Shown: piece after piece, positions 26,376-36,159 of the stretch
Position numbering within the stretch: the first letter of the stretch is position 1
Layout: every line of letters begins with the position of its first letter
Source of the DNA: Acidobacteriota bacterium
Lineage (GTDB): Bacteria > Acidobacteriota > UBA6911
Assembly: GCA_963664705.1 (NCBI GenBank)
Contig: OY761556.1
Location: 1,408,001 to 1,472,000 of the forward strand
Direction: 5' to 3'
Length of the DNA: 64,000 nucleotides
Notes under the pieces: generated by a model
Told to the model about the DNA's origin: nothing
The model's input: only the letters and a program-made list of their open reading frames with translations
The model's database searches: none
Position numbers and translations under genes: made by a program

Positions 26376-28544
26376 TCACTTGACGCTCTCGACTGAAACC
26401 AAATCCAATAATTCGATTATCTTTGTTGTCATCGGCGCAAGAGTTGCGAACTGCCTGCGGGCTTCATCTCTCTTGCCCTCGTGCCATGCATCCACGATCT
26501 GGCCGATCAGCGCATGGAAGCGCTGATGTTCCGTGCCGAGTTGAACAAATGCCGGCAGATTCGCAAACTGGGCTTTTCCTTCGCCATCATACCATTTGCC
26601 GAGACCGCAGCCGTGATGGTCCACAACCTCGGATCGACTAATGCTCAGCCGGTCATCCAGCAAATCTATGATCCGGTGCTTCCATTGCAGGTGAGCTTTT
26701 TTGATGGCGGAAAAATCGGCTTTTTGGCCCAGTTGAAATTTGGCGGTTAATCTCTTCAATCCTTCCGACAATCCAATCAATTCCCCCGCATTTTCCATGA
26801 CATAAAGGCTTTCGCGGTCGATCATTTTGCCTTCAAGATTCACGGTGGCAATGTCTGCGGCGATGGATTTGGATGCTTCGGCTGCCTGGGCAACCAATTC
26901 GCTGGCGGTGCGGATATTGGATGAAGCTTCCGAGATATTCTGTGCCACATCCTTGGTAACCGCGGATTGTTCCTCGATGGCGCCGGCAATGCCGGTAACC
27001 ATCTCTCCGACATCCCGGAATACATTGGCAATTTCCCCGATGTCATCGATGGCCCGCGAAGCGGACTCCTGGACGCCGGACACCTTGGTCTTAATGTCTA
27101 CGGTCGCCGTGGCGGTTTGACTGGCCAGTTCTTTAATCTCATTGGCAACAACCGCAAACCCTTTGCCGGCGTCGCCGGCGCGTGCGGCTTCGATCGTTGC
27201 ATTCAGGGCGAGCAGATTCGTTTGGGCGGAAATATTGGCGATGGTTTCCGTGACTTTGCCAATGGCCTTCGCTGCCTGCCCAAGTTCCTGGACAACCGCG
27301 GATACCGCATTGGCCCGAGCCATGGCATTTTCGCCCACGGACCGTGCCCTGGAGGCATTGCCTGCAATTTCACCCACGGTACTGCTGAGTTCTTCGGTCG
27401 CTGCCGCCACCGAATCGAGACTGTGGGAAGCGAGATCGGTATTGGAGGCTACCGAGCTGCTGGAAACGCTGGATTCCTCCGCGGCTGCGGCCACGCTTTC
27501 CGTCCGTTCCGCACTCTTGCCGGCGCTTTGCGTAAGCCGTTTCGATGTAGCCTGCAATCCATCGGATACGGCACCAAGCGTGCCTGTGCTATTAAGGACC
27601 TCGATGAGCGATATCCGGAGAGAATTGATCAGGCTGCGCAAAATCCCGGCCAGCTGGCCGATTTCATCCTTGCGTTCCACAAGGTGCTCGGGAATGGCGC
27701 GGGTAAGATCTCCCTTGGAGACCGCGATCGACTGTTCGCAAAGTGTGGCTACGGGACGCCCGATGAGCACCCTGGAAAGAAATACGAAAGCGCCCGCGGT
27801 CAGGAGCAGCAAGGGCAGGGTCCACGCCAGGCCCTTCCACAGGAAAGCCGACACTTGAGCGTCAACCGGCGCCATTGGCATGACAACGTGATAGGCTCCA
27901 TGCATATCGCCGGGCTTCCACCCTTCCATGGAGTAGCCGGTCAGATCTTTGCCATTCTTGTTTACATCATACCGGCTTCCCGGTGCACCATGACACATCA
28001 TGCAGGCTTCGGTCAGTCGAATGGCGCGCAGGACATGCAGAGAGTTATCGGCAGTGTTGATCTCCGAGATAATGCCGTCGCCTCCCTGAGCAACCTGATC
28101 GGTCAGCCGGGTTAACAGCTTTGCGTCAAATGAACCGCTTTGCGGCTCATGATCCTTGTTGCGGGAATTGAAGGAAGTGATTCGGAATTCGATTTGTTCT
28201 CTTTTAGCCGCGTTTTGAGCCGACGTCCATCCGACTACAACCGGCACGGTCTGGAAAAACCTGGTCTGATTGGCTGATTTCCCCGCGCTCAGGTCAGCTT
28301 TGATTTCAGCCGTTAATTGCTTGGTGTCGAATGCACCGCTCGAGTGCAGGAGGCTCGCATGGTTCTTGGCCTCATCGGCGACGGCGCTGAATGCCTTCGC
28401 TTTCTCGACCATGGCGGTTTGCGCGCTTGCGCGATGCCCACTCACGAAGGTGAGATAATTTACCAGGATAACCAGGAAAATAGCCAACAATGCAAGAGCA
28501 ACCAGTTTCGTGACAAGAGAAAGTCTGCTAATCCATTTCATCAT
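26376..28544 (-). CDS. Methyl-accepting chemotaxis protein with heme-c (DUF3365-type) sensor, HAMP and C-terminal CZB domain
   Basis: CMMCH; RKDEIGQL; QTNLLALNATIEAARAGDAGKGFAVVANEIKELA; AHLQW...HHGCGLGKWY...H..FH. Confidence 0.9.
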   Translation of the reverse strand: MMKWISRLSLVTKLVALALLAIFLVILVNYLTFVSGHRASAQTAMVEKAKAFSAVADEAKNHASLLHSSGAFDTKQLTAEIKADLSAGKSANQTRFFQTVPVVVGWTSAQNAAKREQIEFRITSFNSRNKDHEPQSGSFDAKLLTRLTDQVAQGGDGIISEINTADNSLHVLRAIRLTEACMMCHGAPGSRYDVNKNGKDLTGYSMEGWKPGDMHGAYHVVMPMAPVDAQVSAFLWKGLAWTLPLLLLTAGAFVFLSRVLIGRPVATLCEQSIAVSKGDLTRAIPEHLVERKDEIGQLAGILRSLINSLRISLIEVLNSTGTLGAVSDGLQATSKRLTQSAGKSAERTESVAAAAEESSVSSSSVASNTDLASHSLDSVAAATEELSSTVGEIAGNASRARSVGENAMARANAVSAVVQELGQAAKAIGKVTETIANISAQTNLLALNATIEAARAGDAGKGFAVVANEIKELASQTATATVDIKTKVSGVQESASRAIDDIGEIANVFRDVGEMVTGIAGAIEEQSAVTKDVAQNISEASSNIRTASELVAQAAEASKSIAADIATVNLEGKMIDRESLYVMENAGELIGLSEGLKRLTAKFQLGQKADFSAIKKAHLQWKHRIIDLLDDRLSISRSEVVDHHGCGLGKWYDGEGKAQFANLPAFVQLGTEHQRFHALIGQIVDAWHEGKRDEARRQFATLAPMTTKIIELLDLVSVESVK

Positions 28545-28730
28545 TTTTGATATCCTCTGCACTTCCGCATTTCGGGAGACGATATCGGGTGGTGTGCGGC
28601 GATCGTGCTTTCCAGCATATCGGCAGGGATTGCAGGCCGGAATACACATGAATTTTGGATAGCATCCTAGGTTGCTCCCGGCACGGTATACGGCATTTTC
28701 TTTCGCCGGCATTCATGATAAAGGTAACCT

Positions 28731-30407
28731 GTGGATACGCATGCGATTCCTTTTCGAGATCTTGCTTATGTCATCATCGCGGCCATCACGGGCGGACTGG
28801 TCGCCTGGCGCCTGCGCCAGCCGGTCATCATCGGCTATGTTCTGGCCGGGATTCTGATCAGCCCGCTGACGCCGGGGCCGTCGGTCAGCGATACCCATTC
28901 GCTGGAGCTTTTCGCCGAGATCGGCGTGGTCCTCCTGATGTTTTCCGTCGGGCTGGAGTTTTCGCTGCGGGAACTGCTGAAGGCCAAATGGGTCGCGTTC
29001 ATCGGCGGGCCGCTGGGCATCGGCCTCTCCATTCTGCTGGGGTTGGGCGCGGGTCGTCTGCTCGGGTGGACGCCGCCGCAGGGGATTGTGCTGGGCGCGA
29101 TTATCAGCGTCGCGAGCACGATGGTGTTGACTCGTCTGCTGATCGACCAGGGGCAGCTGCGGACCACTGCCGGCCGGATCATGGTGGCGATTACCCTGGT
29201 CGAGGATTTTGCGGTCGTTATCCTGATTGTATTGATCCCCGGATTTGCCAACCTGGAGAAGGGAAAGATTCTCTTCCTGGCCAAGGACTTCGGGCGCGCC
29301 ATCCTGATCCTCGTGCCGGTTCTGTTTCTTGCGGCAAAAATCGTCGCTCCCATTTTGAAGAAGGTGGCGCGCACGCAAAGCCGCGAATTGTTTTTTCTCG
29401 TCGTGCTCGCGATCTGCCTGGGTACGGCGGCGCTCACCGGGGCTATCGGCCTTTCCCTCGCACTCGGGGCTTTCGCCGCGGGGCTGATCATCAGCGAATC
29501 GGAATACGCGCACGAGGCGATCGCGCAGCTCTTCCCGCTGCGTGATGCATTCGTGGCCGTGTTTTTCGTGAGCATGGGGCTGCTGATCGATCCGTGGAAA
29601 CTGTTTTCCAACGGGACGCTCCTCGCGGTGATGGTCGGCCTGATTATTTTCGGGAAATTTCTCATCTGGACCGGCGTGGTCTCCGCCTTTCGCTACCCGC
29701 TGTGGACTTCCATTCCCGTGGCCGTAGGGTTGACGCAGATCGGGGAGTTCTCCTTTGTCCTGGTGCAGGTCGCCCGGAAGGCCGGGATCATAGGAAGTGA
29801 GTTGTACAACACGACCCTGGCCGCCTCGCTGATCACCATTCTGCTGAATTCGGCGCTGGTGCGCCATCTGCCACATGCGCTGGATCGGATACGCCTGGCC
29901 CGCAGGATGGCCTCTTTGCCGCAGAAGGATGAAAGGACGGAAGGCCTGCGCGGCCACGTCATCATCAGTGGATTCGGGCGCGTGGGGAGCGCGATCGGCT
30001 ATGCGCTGGATAAGTTCGATGTCCGCTATCTCGCGGTGGAGCTCAATCCGGATGTGCTCGCGACAATCCAGTCCAACGGAACAGCTGCGATCTTCGGGGA
30101 TTGCTCACACGGGCATATTCTGGAACAGGCCGGCCTGCGGGAGGCCGCGCTGCTGATCGTAACGGTTCCGGACCTGGATCGCGGACGGCTGACCATCGCG
30201 AATGCGCGCAAGCTGAATCCGGACCTGCCGATCATGGCCAGGGCCCATCGCCAGGAGGATTATCGGCTGCTGATGGAGGCAGGGGCGACGGAAGTAATCC
30301 GACCTGAAATAGAGGCGTCCGCGACCTTCATCCGGCACGCGTGCGGCCATTTCCTGAGCCTGCCCGATGCGCAGATCCGCGATTATCTGCGCACCTTCCG
30401 AAGCTGA
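28731..30407 (+). CDS. CPA2 (Kef/YbaL-type) cation:proton antiporter with TrkA-N domain
   Basis: AEIGVVLLMFSVGLEFS, LVED, LGAFAAG, QIGEFSFV, GFGRVG. Confidence 0.9.
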   Translation: MDTHAIPFRDLAYVIIAAITGGLVAWRLRQPVIIGYVLAGILISPLTPGPSVSDTHSLELFAEIGVVLLMFSVGLEFSLRELLKAKWVAFIGGPLGIGLSILLGLGAGRLLGWTPPQGIVLGAIISVASTMVLTRLLIDQGQLRTTAGRIMVAITLVEDFAVVILIVLIPGFANLEKGKILFLAKDFGRAILILVPVLFLAAKIVAPILKKVARTQSRELFFLVVLAICLGTAALTGAIGLSLALGAFAAGLIISESEYAHEAIAQLFPLRDAFVAVFFVSMGLLIDPWKLFSNGTLLAVMVGLIIFGKFLIWTGVVSAFRYPLWTSIPVAVGLTQIGEFSFVLVQVARKAGIIGSELYNTTLAASLITILLNSALVRHLPHALDRIRLARRMASLPQKDERTEGLRGHVIISGFGRVGSAIGYALDKFDVRYLAVELNPDVLATIQSNGTAAIFGDCSHGHILEQAGLREAALLIVTVPDLDRGRLTIANARKLNPDLPIMARAHRQEDYRLLMEAGATEVIRPEIEASATFIRHACGHFLSLPDAQIRDYLRTFRS

Positions 30408-30458
30408 CACCGGGCGCCGGCGAGGCGCCTAATGCCATTTGCTCTTTTTTAAAGGCCT

Positions 30459-30518
30459 TTCTTTCGCCCCTTCAGCAGCCCGCCCACCGGTGGGCGGGCT
30501 GCTGAAGGGGCGAAAGAA
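30459..30518. repeat. Perfect 60-bp palindrome built from REP ends
   Basis: TTCTTTCGCCCCTTCAGCAGCCCGCCCACC followed directly by its exact reverse complement. Confidence 0.9.
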
Positions 30519-30654
30519 CGGCAATAGTAAATAGCATTAGACATCCCGCGGCGAGGGCGCGGCTGCTTCCATGGCGCTTCTGGTATAGCGCTGGCCGGCG
30601 TGTTTATATTAGAATCGTCTAAAATCATCACTATACAAACCGTGGAGGTTGCCG

Positions 30655-31431
30655 ATGGCTGTTTCCGCGCTGGACTACGTTGTTTTTCGTGAACTGGCTA
30701 AAGCGAATGCCATTCCTTCTCAGCCGGATGTGCTGGAACTCGGCGAAGCCAACTGGTACGGAGATGTGGAAGTCGGCCGGCTGGTCGGGGACATCCAGGA
30801 GCGCTGCAGCGCGGAGCGGCAAAAGGAACTGCTGCAGGAACTCGAGAGACTCTATTCGAATCTCTCCGCGCAGTATGTCCACTTTGATATCGCAAAGGTG
30901 TTTTATAAAACTTTTCTGGATTACCGCAGCATTACCGCCATCGATTTCCACGGCACTCCCAGCGCGCTTCGCTACGATCTCAATGCGCCCATTGCGATGG
31001 ATCGGCAGTTCCACGTGGTCATCAATACCGGGACGGCCGAACATGTGTTCAATGTCTGCCAGTTTATGAAAACGGCGCATGAATGCACGTGCCCGGGCGG
31101 ACTGATGGTCCACGCGTTCCCGTTCATGGGCTGGCTCGATCACGGATTCTATAATTTCAACCCAACCATGATCGCGGACCTTGTCGCCGCGAATAAGTAC
31201 GTGATGATGCTTTGGGCCTACGGCGAGATCCAGCCTTTCCGCATCGTGCAGCTGCAGAATATCGAGCAGATTCATGAGATGAAGAAGAAGGGGGAGCTGC
31301 GCGAAAATTCCATTCTCTATGTGGTGCTGCGGAAGCCCCAGGACGAGAAGCCTTTCGTTCTGCCCATGCAGGGGTATTATTCCGGCAACCTGTCGGAGAC
31401 CGCGGCCGAGGATTGGCAAAAGCTCCGATAG
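30655..31431 (+). CDS. Hypothetical protein, SAM-methyltransferase-like fold
   Basis: RBS GGAGG; VLELGE, AID, YDLN, FHVVINTGTAEHVFN, PGGLMVH. Confidence 0.65.
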   Translation: MAVSALDYVVFRELAKANAIPSQPDVLELGEANWYGDVEVGRLVGDIQERCSAERQKELLQELERLYSNLSAQYVHFDIAKVFYKTFLDYRSITAIDFHGTPSALRYDLNAPIAMDRQFHVVINTGTAEHVFNVCQFMKTAHECTCPGGLMVHAFPFMGWLDHGFYNFNPTMIADLVAANKYVMMLWAYGEIQPFRIVQLQNIEQIHEMKKKGELRENSILYVVLRKPQDEKPFVLPMQGYYSGNLSETAAEDWQKLR

Positions 31432-31724
31432 CTCGCTGCAAGCCCCGGCATCTCGCCGACAAGAGCAAAATTGCATCCACCACAGCCGTTGCCTTACATT
31501 CTTTGCCCGAGGAACCAGGAAGCGCGATGCATCTTAGCCCCAGGGGCGGCCAGACAGCCTCGCCGGTGGCCGCCCAATGCCGTATAGATCATGAGTTCAA
31601 ATCCCAAAATCAGCGATTTTGCATCTATAAGTTTTTGAAAACATCTGACCTGATATTTGCGGAATCGATTTTTTTGCATGCTGCATATGTTTGTTCTGAG
31701 TGCTGTAACGCGAGTGAATCAACA

Positions 31725-32418
31725 GGCCCGGAGGGCTGAAAGAACGTAGCCGGGGGTGAAGCGAAGCGAACCCCCGGATAGCATGAAAGTAAAAGGAACC
31801 CCGGAGGGGTGAAAGATCCATGGCAATTACCATAGATACCTTTCGTCAAACTCGACTCCATTTTCCCGCAGCAGCTCAATGTACTCTTCTTGAAATGTTT
31901 TAAGTCGATGGTGTTCCTTTTGCCGCGCTATGTAGGATCTTAGTGGGTCCAACCCTAAACGACTGACAGAATAGGCGCCATAGCCGTCTTGCCACTCAAA
32001 TGATCGAATGCCAACGTGTTGATGAATCCATGCTGATGAGCTCGATTTTAGTTCTCGAAGGATGTCCGATATTCGATGGGTGGGTTTGAGGCAAGCAAGT
32101 AAGTGCACATGCTCGATGCATCCTCCAATCGTGTCCGGCAATGCCCCGATGTTGCGGAGGGTACCGCCAAGGTAGGCATGTAAGCGTGATTCCCATGCGT
32201 CCTTGATCCAGGCAAGTCGTCCTTTGGTGCTGAAAACGAAATGAAAATAGAGACTTGAGTGCGTTGATGGCATATTCGTTCCTCCACCTACCTAATGAGG
32301 AACCTTGGGAAAGTGCCAACAATTTCTGTCGCCCCGCTGGGGCTTGTTTCCGAATCAACCTAATCCGGGGGTTCGCTTCGCTCACCCCCGGCTACGTTCT
32401 GAACACCCCTCCGGGGTT
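31725..32418. mobile_element. RAYT/REPtron-like locus: Y1 transposase gene between inverted REPs
   Basis: Plus REP 31725-31816 and minus REP 32326-32418 directly flank the tnpA gene; no tnpB. Confidence 0.75.
31827..32273 (-). CDS. tnpA: IS200/IS605-family Y1 HUH transposase (REP-associated)
   Basis: HFVFSTK.R, EHVHL (HUH), K..SS, WQDGYGAYSVS, YIARQ (catalytic Tyr), FDERYLW. Confidence 0.9.
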   Translation of the reverse strand: MPSTHSSLYFHFVFSTKGRLAWIKDAWESRLHAYLGGTLRNIGALPDTIGGCIEHVHLLACLKPTHRISDILRELKSSSSAWIHQHVGIRSFEWQDGYGAYSVSRLGLDPLRSYIARQKEHHRLKTFQEEYIELLRENGVEFDERYLW

Positions 32419-32442
32419 GATGGACAGGTTTGGCGTGCCTTG

Positions 32443-32571
32443 CGGGTCATTGCGGCGACGATGCGTGATATTGGCACACGTTTGCCGGGTCATTGCGGGG
32501 GCGATGCGTGATATTGGCACACGTTTGCCGGATCATTGCGGGGGCGATGCGTGATATTGGCACACGGTTGC
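32443..32571. repeat. Three tandem 43-bp repeats next to the REP
   Basis: TCATTGCGG..CGATGCGTGATATTGGCACACG at 32447, 32490 and 32533. Confidence 0.88.
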
Positions 32572-32686
32572 GAATTGCTTCGGGCTTGGTTTACCAGCGA
32601 ACCTCATTTCCGGGGCGCGGCCAGGACTTGGCTGTATTGCGCCTCCGGCGGTGTCTGAGCTTTCCCCCCCCGGCGCTCCCAGTGGG

Positions 32687-34525
32687 TTATTTGTCCATGC
32701 ACTGGATGGCGTTATACCTGCAAACGTTATAGTCCGCCTGCTTCCCGGCATAGCAGGTGGCAATACATCGATCCCGCGCTCCGCCCATTGTTTTCATCCG
32801 ACCTTCGTTGGAGGGTGACAGGTTCTTCCAGCACAAACTAATGCACGGTCCTACGCCCGAATCCGCATTGCTCAGGCAGGACAGATACGAGGAACTGCAG
32901 GCGCCATTGTTCCCCGCGGGGCGCGAGGAAACCCCAAGACGCTGCCGGCCGGTTTCCGCGGGCGAGGCCGCACCGCTGCTGGAATCGAACTCGAACGGCT
33001 TCGGATCCGGATTGCGACTGGGCGGCGCGTGCGAAACATCGAGTCTCGTAGCGAATGGGAAAGCGGCGAACTGCTTGTCCGAAAGGCGCGGCCGAACCAA
33101 TGCGCCGGATGCAGCCGTCTGGTGCGTCCAGACCAGCACCTCCAGTTCGGCTGCCCAGGCTCTCTGGGCCAGTTCGACGGGGTCGAACAGCAGGTTGCTG
33201 CGCACCGCGCCCTTTGCGGCGCACAGCTCTTTAAGGGCCAGGGTGAACTGCATCAGATCCAATAGCCGCGCAGATTCGCTCGGAGCAAACGTCCGCATCT
33301 TTTTGTTTTTGTCAAATTTCTCGATGCTCGTCAGCAGTTTCCGCAGGTCGTCCGCCTGCGTCCTGGCGGCATTGTAGCGGGCCTCCGCATTCGGATATCG
33401 ATTATCCGCCGATGCCTTGCCGCGTCCATCGAGATCCCCGGCATAAGTCCACCCATCGGTCAATTCGACGGCGAGCGGGTCCATCGCCTCCGCTTTGTCC
33501 GCGTTTTCGCCCGGCGGGACTTCCAATTCCAGCCGGACCGATTTCATGGGATATCCCTTGTAGGCATTGTCCTTTGCCACGTCGAGGGGACGAACGCTGT
33601 CGTCGTATTCGACGGAAAGCTCCCGGCCATTGGTCCAGACGATGCCGATAATGCGGTTCAGGAGGTCTCTTTTTACTTTGATGTTTTCCGTGAAGTACGC
33701 CTCCAGGCGCGTCAGGGGATAGCCGTGCGGAAAGTACCGGACAAAATATCCTTCGGGATGATAGGACCAGCGGCCTGACGGGATAGCGCGGTCATCCTTG
33801 CCAGGAAGCGGTTCGCCGGCGAGGACTGCCATGCGTTCCAGTTCATCGTAGCGGAGATTGCGGCGCACCCCGTCGCGGATCATCCGTTCCGCCTCGAAGA
33901 CTTGTCGCGTCTGCGGCGGCAGTTTCCCGAGGGCCTTGCCAAGAACATCCTGGGATACTTCCTGGAAGGCGCTTCCTTCGAGCCGGTCGATTTCATCGGC
34001 CTGCAGGAGATTCCGCGCGTTGGCTTTCATCGGCGGATTCATCTGGCTGGGCTTGGTTCGCGCGAGAACAGCCCAAACCAGCGCCTGGACATCCTGCTGC
34101 GGAATTTTGGGGTGGTTAACGGAGCGCTCCAGGATGTTGCGGATCACCTCCGCATCCCCCCCTTTCAGGGGAGCGTACAGATATCCTTTGCCGTGGCTCG
34201 GTGAGTGCGTCCCCGCGTGGTAGCAGTAGCTTTGCGCCAGGAGCATGTAATCGCCGCCGGCCCCCGGAATCATGAAGCCGTTGTTGGGTCCGTAAGGCAA
34301 TTGGGAAAGCGGCGTGAAGGCCGAGGGCTGAAAATCGTCGAGAAAGGGGATCTCGGTGACCGCGTCCGTCAGACTCGTCGTGAGCGGGGATTCCTTTTCA
34401 AACAGATTAGCCGGTATCGGAAGCTTGGGGATTTTGATCGGGAATTGGGCGAAAGCCAGGGCGGCGAAAGCGACGGCTGCAACTGTCATGATGAATGGTT
34501 TTCGGAATCGATCCCGGATGCGCAT
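32687..34525 (-). CDS. Secreted hypothetical protein with a Cys-rich C-terminus (possible thioester domain)
   Basis: Signal peptide ending ALAFA-Q; SYCYHAG, VQALVW, GRQRLG; eight Cys in the last ~70 aa. Confidence 0.65.
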   Translation of the reverse strand: MRIRDRFRKPFIMTVAAVAFAALAFAQFPIKIPKLPIPANLFEKESPLTTSLTDAVTEIPFLDDFQPSAFTPLSQLPYGPNNGFMIPGAGGDYMLLAQSYCYHAGTHSPSHGKGYLYAPLKGGDAEVIRNILERSVNHPKIPQQDVQALVWAVLARTKPSQMNPPMKANARNLLQADEIDRLEGSAFQEVSQDVLGKALGKLPPQTRQVFEAERMIRDGVRRNLRYDELERMAVLAGEPLPGKDDRAIPSGRWSYHPEGYFVRYFPHGYPLTRLEAYFTENIKVKRDLLNRIIGIVWTNGRELSVEYDDSVRPLDVAKDNAYKGYPMKSVRLELEVPPGENADKAEAMDPLAVELTDGWTYAGDLDGRGKASADNRYPNAEARYNAARTQADDLRKLLTSIEKFDKNKKMRTFAPSESARLLDLMQFTLALKELCAAKGAVRSNLLFDPVELAQRAWAAELEVLVWTHQTAASGALVRPRLSDKQFAAFPFATRLDVSHAPPSRNPDPKPFEFDSSSGAASPAETGRQRLGVSSRPAGNNGACSSSYLSCLSNADSGVGPCISLCWKNLSPSNEGRMKTMGGARDRCIATCYAGKQADYNVCRYNAIQCMDK

Positions 34526-34866
34526 GCGTGTCCTCCGCGGTTTTGAAACGGTTAATTAGATCATTGGTTTTTCGCAATGCAAAGAAGAAACGTTGGAACG
34601 TTGAACGTTGAAACGTTGAACGTTACGAGGCCGCGGTTTGTCCGTAAGGGCAGGTTTTTGCGTAATGATTGCGAGCGTATGACTTCCGGTCGCTTTGTCC
34701 CCAACCTTCAACGTTCCCACGTGCAACGTCCAACGGTTCCAACGTCCAACGTTCCCTCGTCCAACGTGCAACGTTTCAACGTCCAACGTCCCAACGTGCA
34801 ACGTTTCAACGTGCTATACTTCCTTTAGAGATATCCCCCCCCCCAAAAAAAAGGATATTCCGTAGC

Positions 34867-36159
34867 ATGCCCGATAAACGCGTCAGGGCCGGTAGGATAG
34901 TGCTTATCGTTCTGCTTTTGTTGGGGGGAGGGGCAGGCTATGTCTGGCTGCGCTGGGGCCATATCTCCGGCCACGCTGCTCCCACCGGTACTTCAGCAAA
35001 TTCCAAACCCAAGGAGAATGCGGTGCGTCCGACTCCGGTGGTCGCCACGCGCGTGCGCCGGGGAAATATCGGCGTCTATAAAACCGGTCTCGGTGCCGTG
35101 ACCCCCATCTTCACCGTAACGGTCAAGAGCCGGGTCGACGGCCAATTGATGCAGATCCATTACCAGGAAGGAGACTATGTCCACCAGGGGGATCTGCTGG
35201 CCGAGATCGATCCGCGTCCTTTCCAGGTTGCTCTGGAGCAGGCGCAGGGGCAGCTGGCGCGTGATACCGCACTGCTGCACAATGCGCGCGTCGATGAGGC
35301 GCGCTACGAAGGGTTGTTGAAGCAGAATGCCGTTCCGGAGCAGCAGGTTTCCACCCAGCAGTCGCTGGTCGCGCAGTATGAAGGGGTTGTGGGGGCCGAC
35401 CAGGGGCAGATCGACAGTGCCAAACTCAACCTGGACTACTGCCGGATCACGGCTCCCATCACGGGGCGCGTGGGGCTGCGCCTGGTGGATCCCGGGAATA
35501 TCGTCCACGCCGGCGATGCCGGCGGGTTGGTGGTGATCACGCAGATCCAGCCGATCAGTGTCATCTTCACGCTTTCGGAGGACGATCTTCCGGCCGTGAT
35601 GCAGAAGAATCTGGCGGGCCAGGCGTTGCAGGCCGAAGCATGGGATCGCGATTTCAAGCGCAAGCTCGCCACCGGGGTTTTGAAAACGGTGGACAATGAA
35701 ATCGATCCGAGCACCGGCACCGTCAAGATGCGCGCCGATTTCGATAACCGGGACTCCGCACTGTTTCCCAACCAGTTTGTCAACGTGCGCCTGCTGATCG
35801 AGGAGAAGCGCAGCGTGAATCTGCTCACCAGCGCGGCGGTGCAGATGTCGGCCAATTCAAATTTTGTATATCTGGTCAAACCGGATTCGACGGTCACAGT
35901 GCGGCCGATTGCGCAGGGGGCTGTCGAGGGAGACGATACGGAAGTTACGTCAGGGCTGAGCCCGGGGGACACGGTGGTGATCACGGGCATCGACAAGCTT
36001 GTGGAGGGGAGCAAAGTCCAGGCTCAGATCGCGGAAGAGAATCATGAAGACGCCCCCGGCGCGCGCACACTGCCGCTGAACCGAAATCCCCGGAAACCGG
36101 CGCGGCCGGTGGGCGGAGGGCACGCCTGGGGCGGCAGCAGTGGGGGAGGGATGCGGTGA
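34867..36159 (+). CDS. mdtA: RND periplasmic adaptor MdtA/MuxA
   Basis: [47 protein letters not shown]. Confidence 0.9.
   Translation: MPDKRVRAGRIVLIVLLLLGGGAGYVWLRWGHISGHAAPTGTSANSKPKENAVRPTPVVATRVRRGNIGVYKTGLGAVTPIFTVTVKSRVDGQLMQIHYQEGDYVHQGDLLAEIDPRPFQVALEQAQGQLARDTALLHNARVDEARYEGLLKQNAVPEQQVSTQQSLVAQYEGVVGADQGQIDSAKLNLDYCRITAPITGRVGLRLVDPGNIVHAGDAGGLVVITQIQPISVIFTLSEDDLPAVMQKNLAGQALQAEAWDRDFKRKLATGVLKTVDNEIDPSTGTVKMRADFDNRDSALFPNQFVNVRLLIEEKRSVNLLTSAAVQMSANSNFVYLVKPDSTVTVRPIAQGAVEGDDTEVTSGLSPGDTVVITGIDKLVEGSKVQAQIAEENHEDAPGARTLPLNRNPRKPARPVGGGHAWGGSSGGGMR

Noticed and set aside
31827-32273. IS605/IS607-type element with TnpB or IscB nuclease
   Set aside because: No tnpB or iscB ORF on either side; the flanks are REPs and unrelated genes.
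32471-32485. TGGCAC...TTGC in the 43-bp repeats as sigma54 promoters
   Set aside because: The GG-to-GC spacing is 9 nt, not the required 10, and no + strand gene follows.
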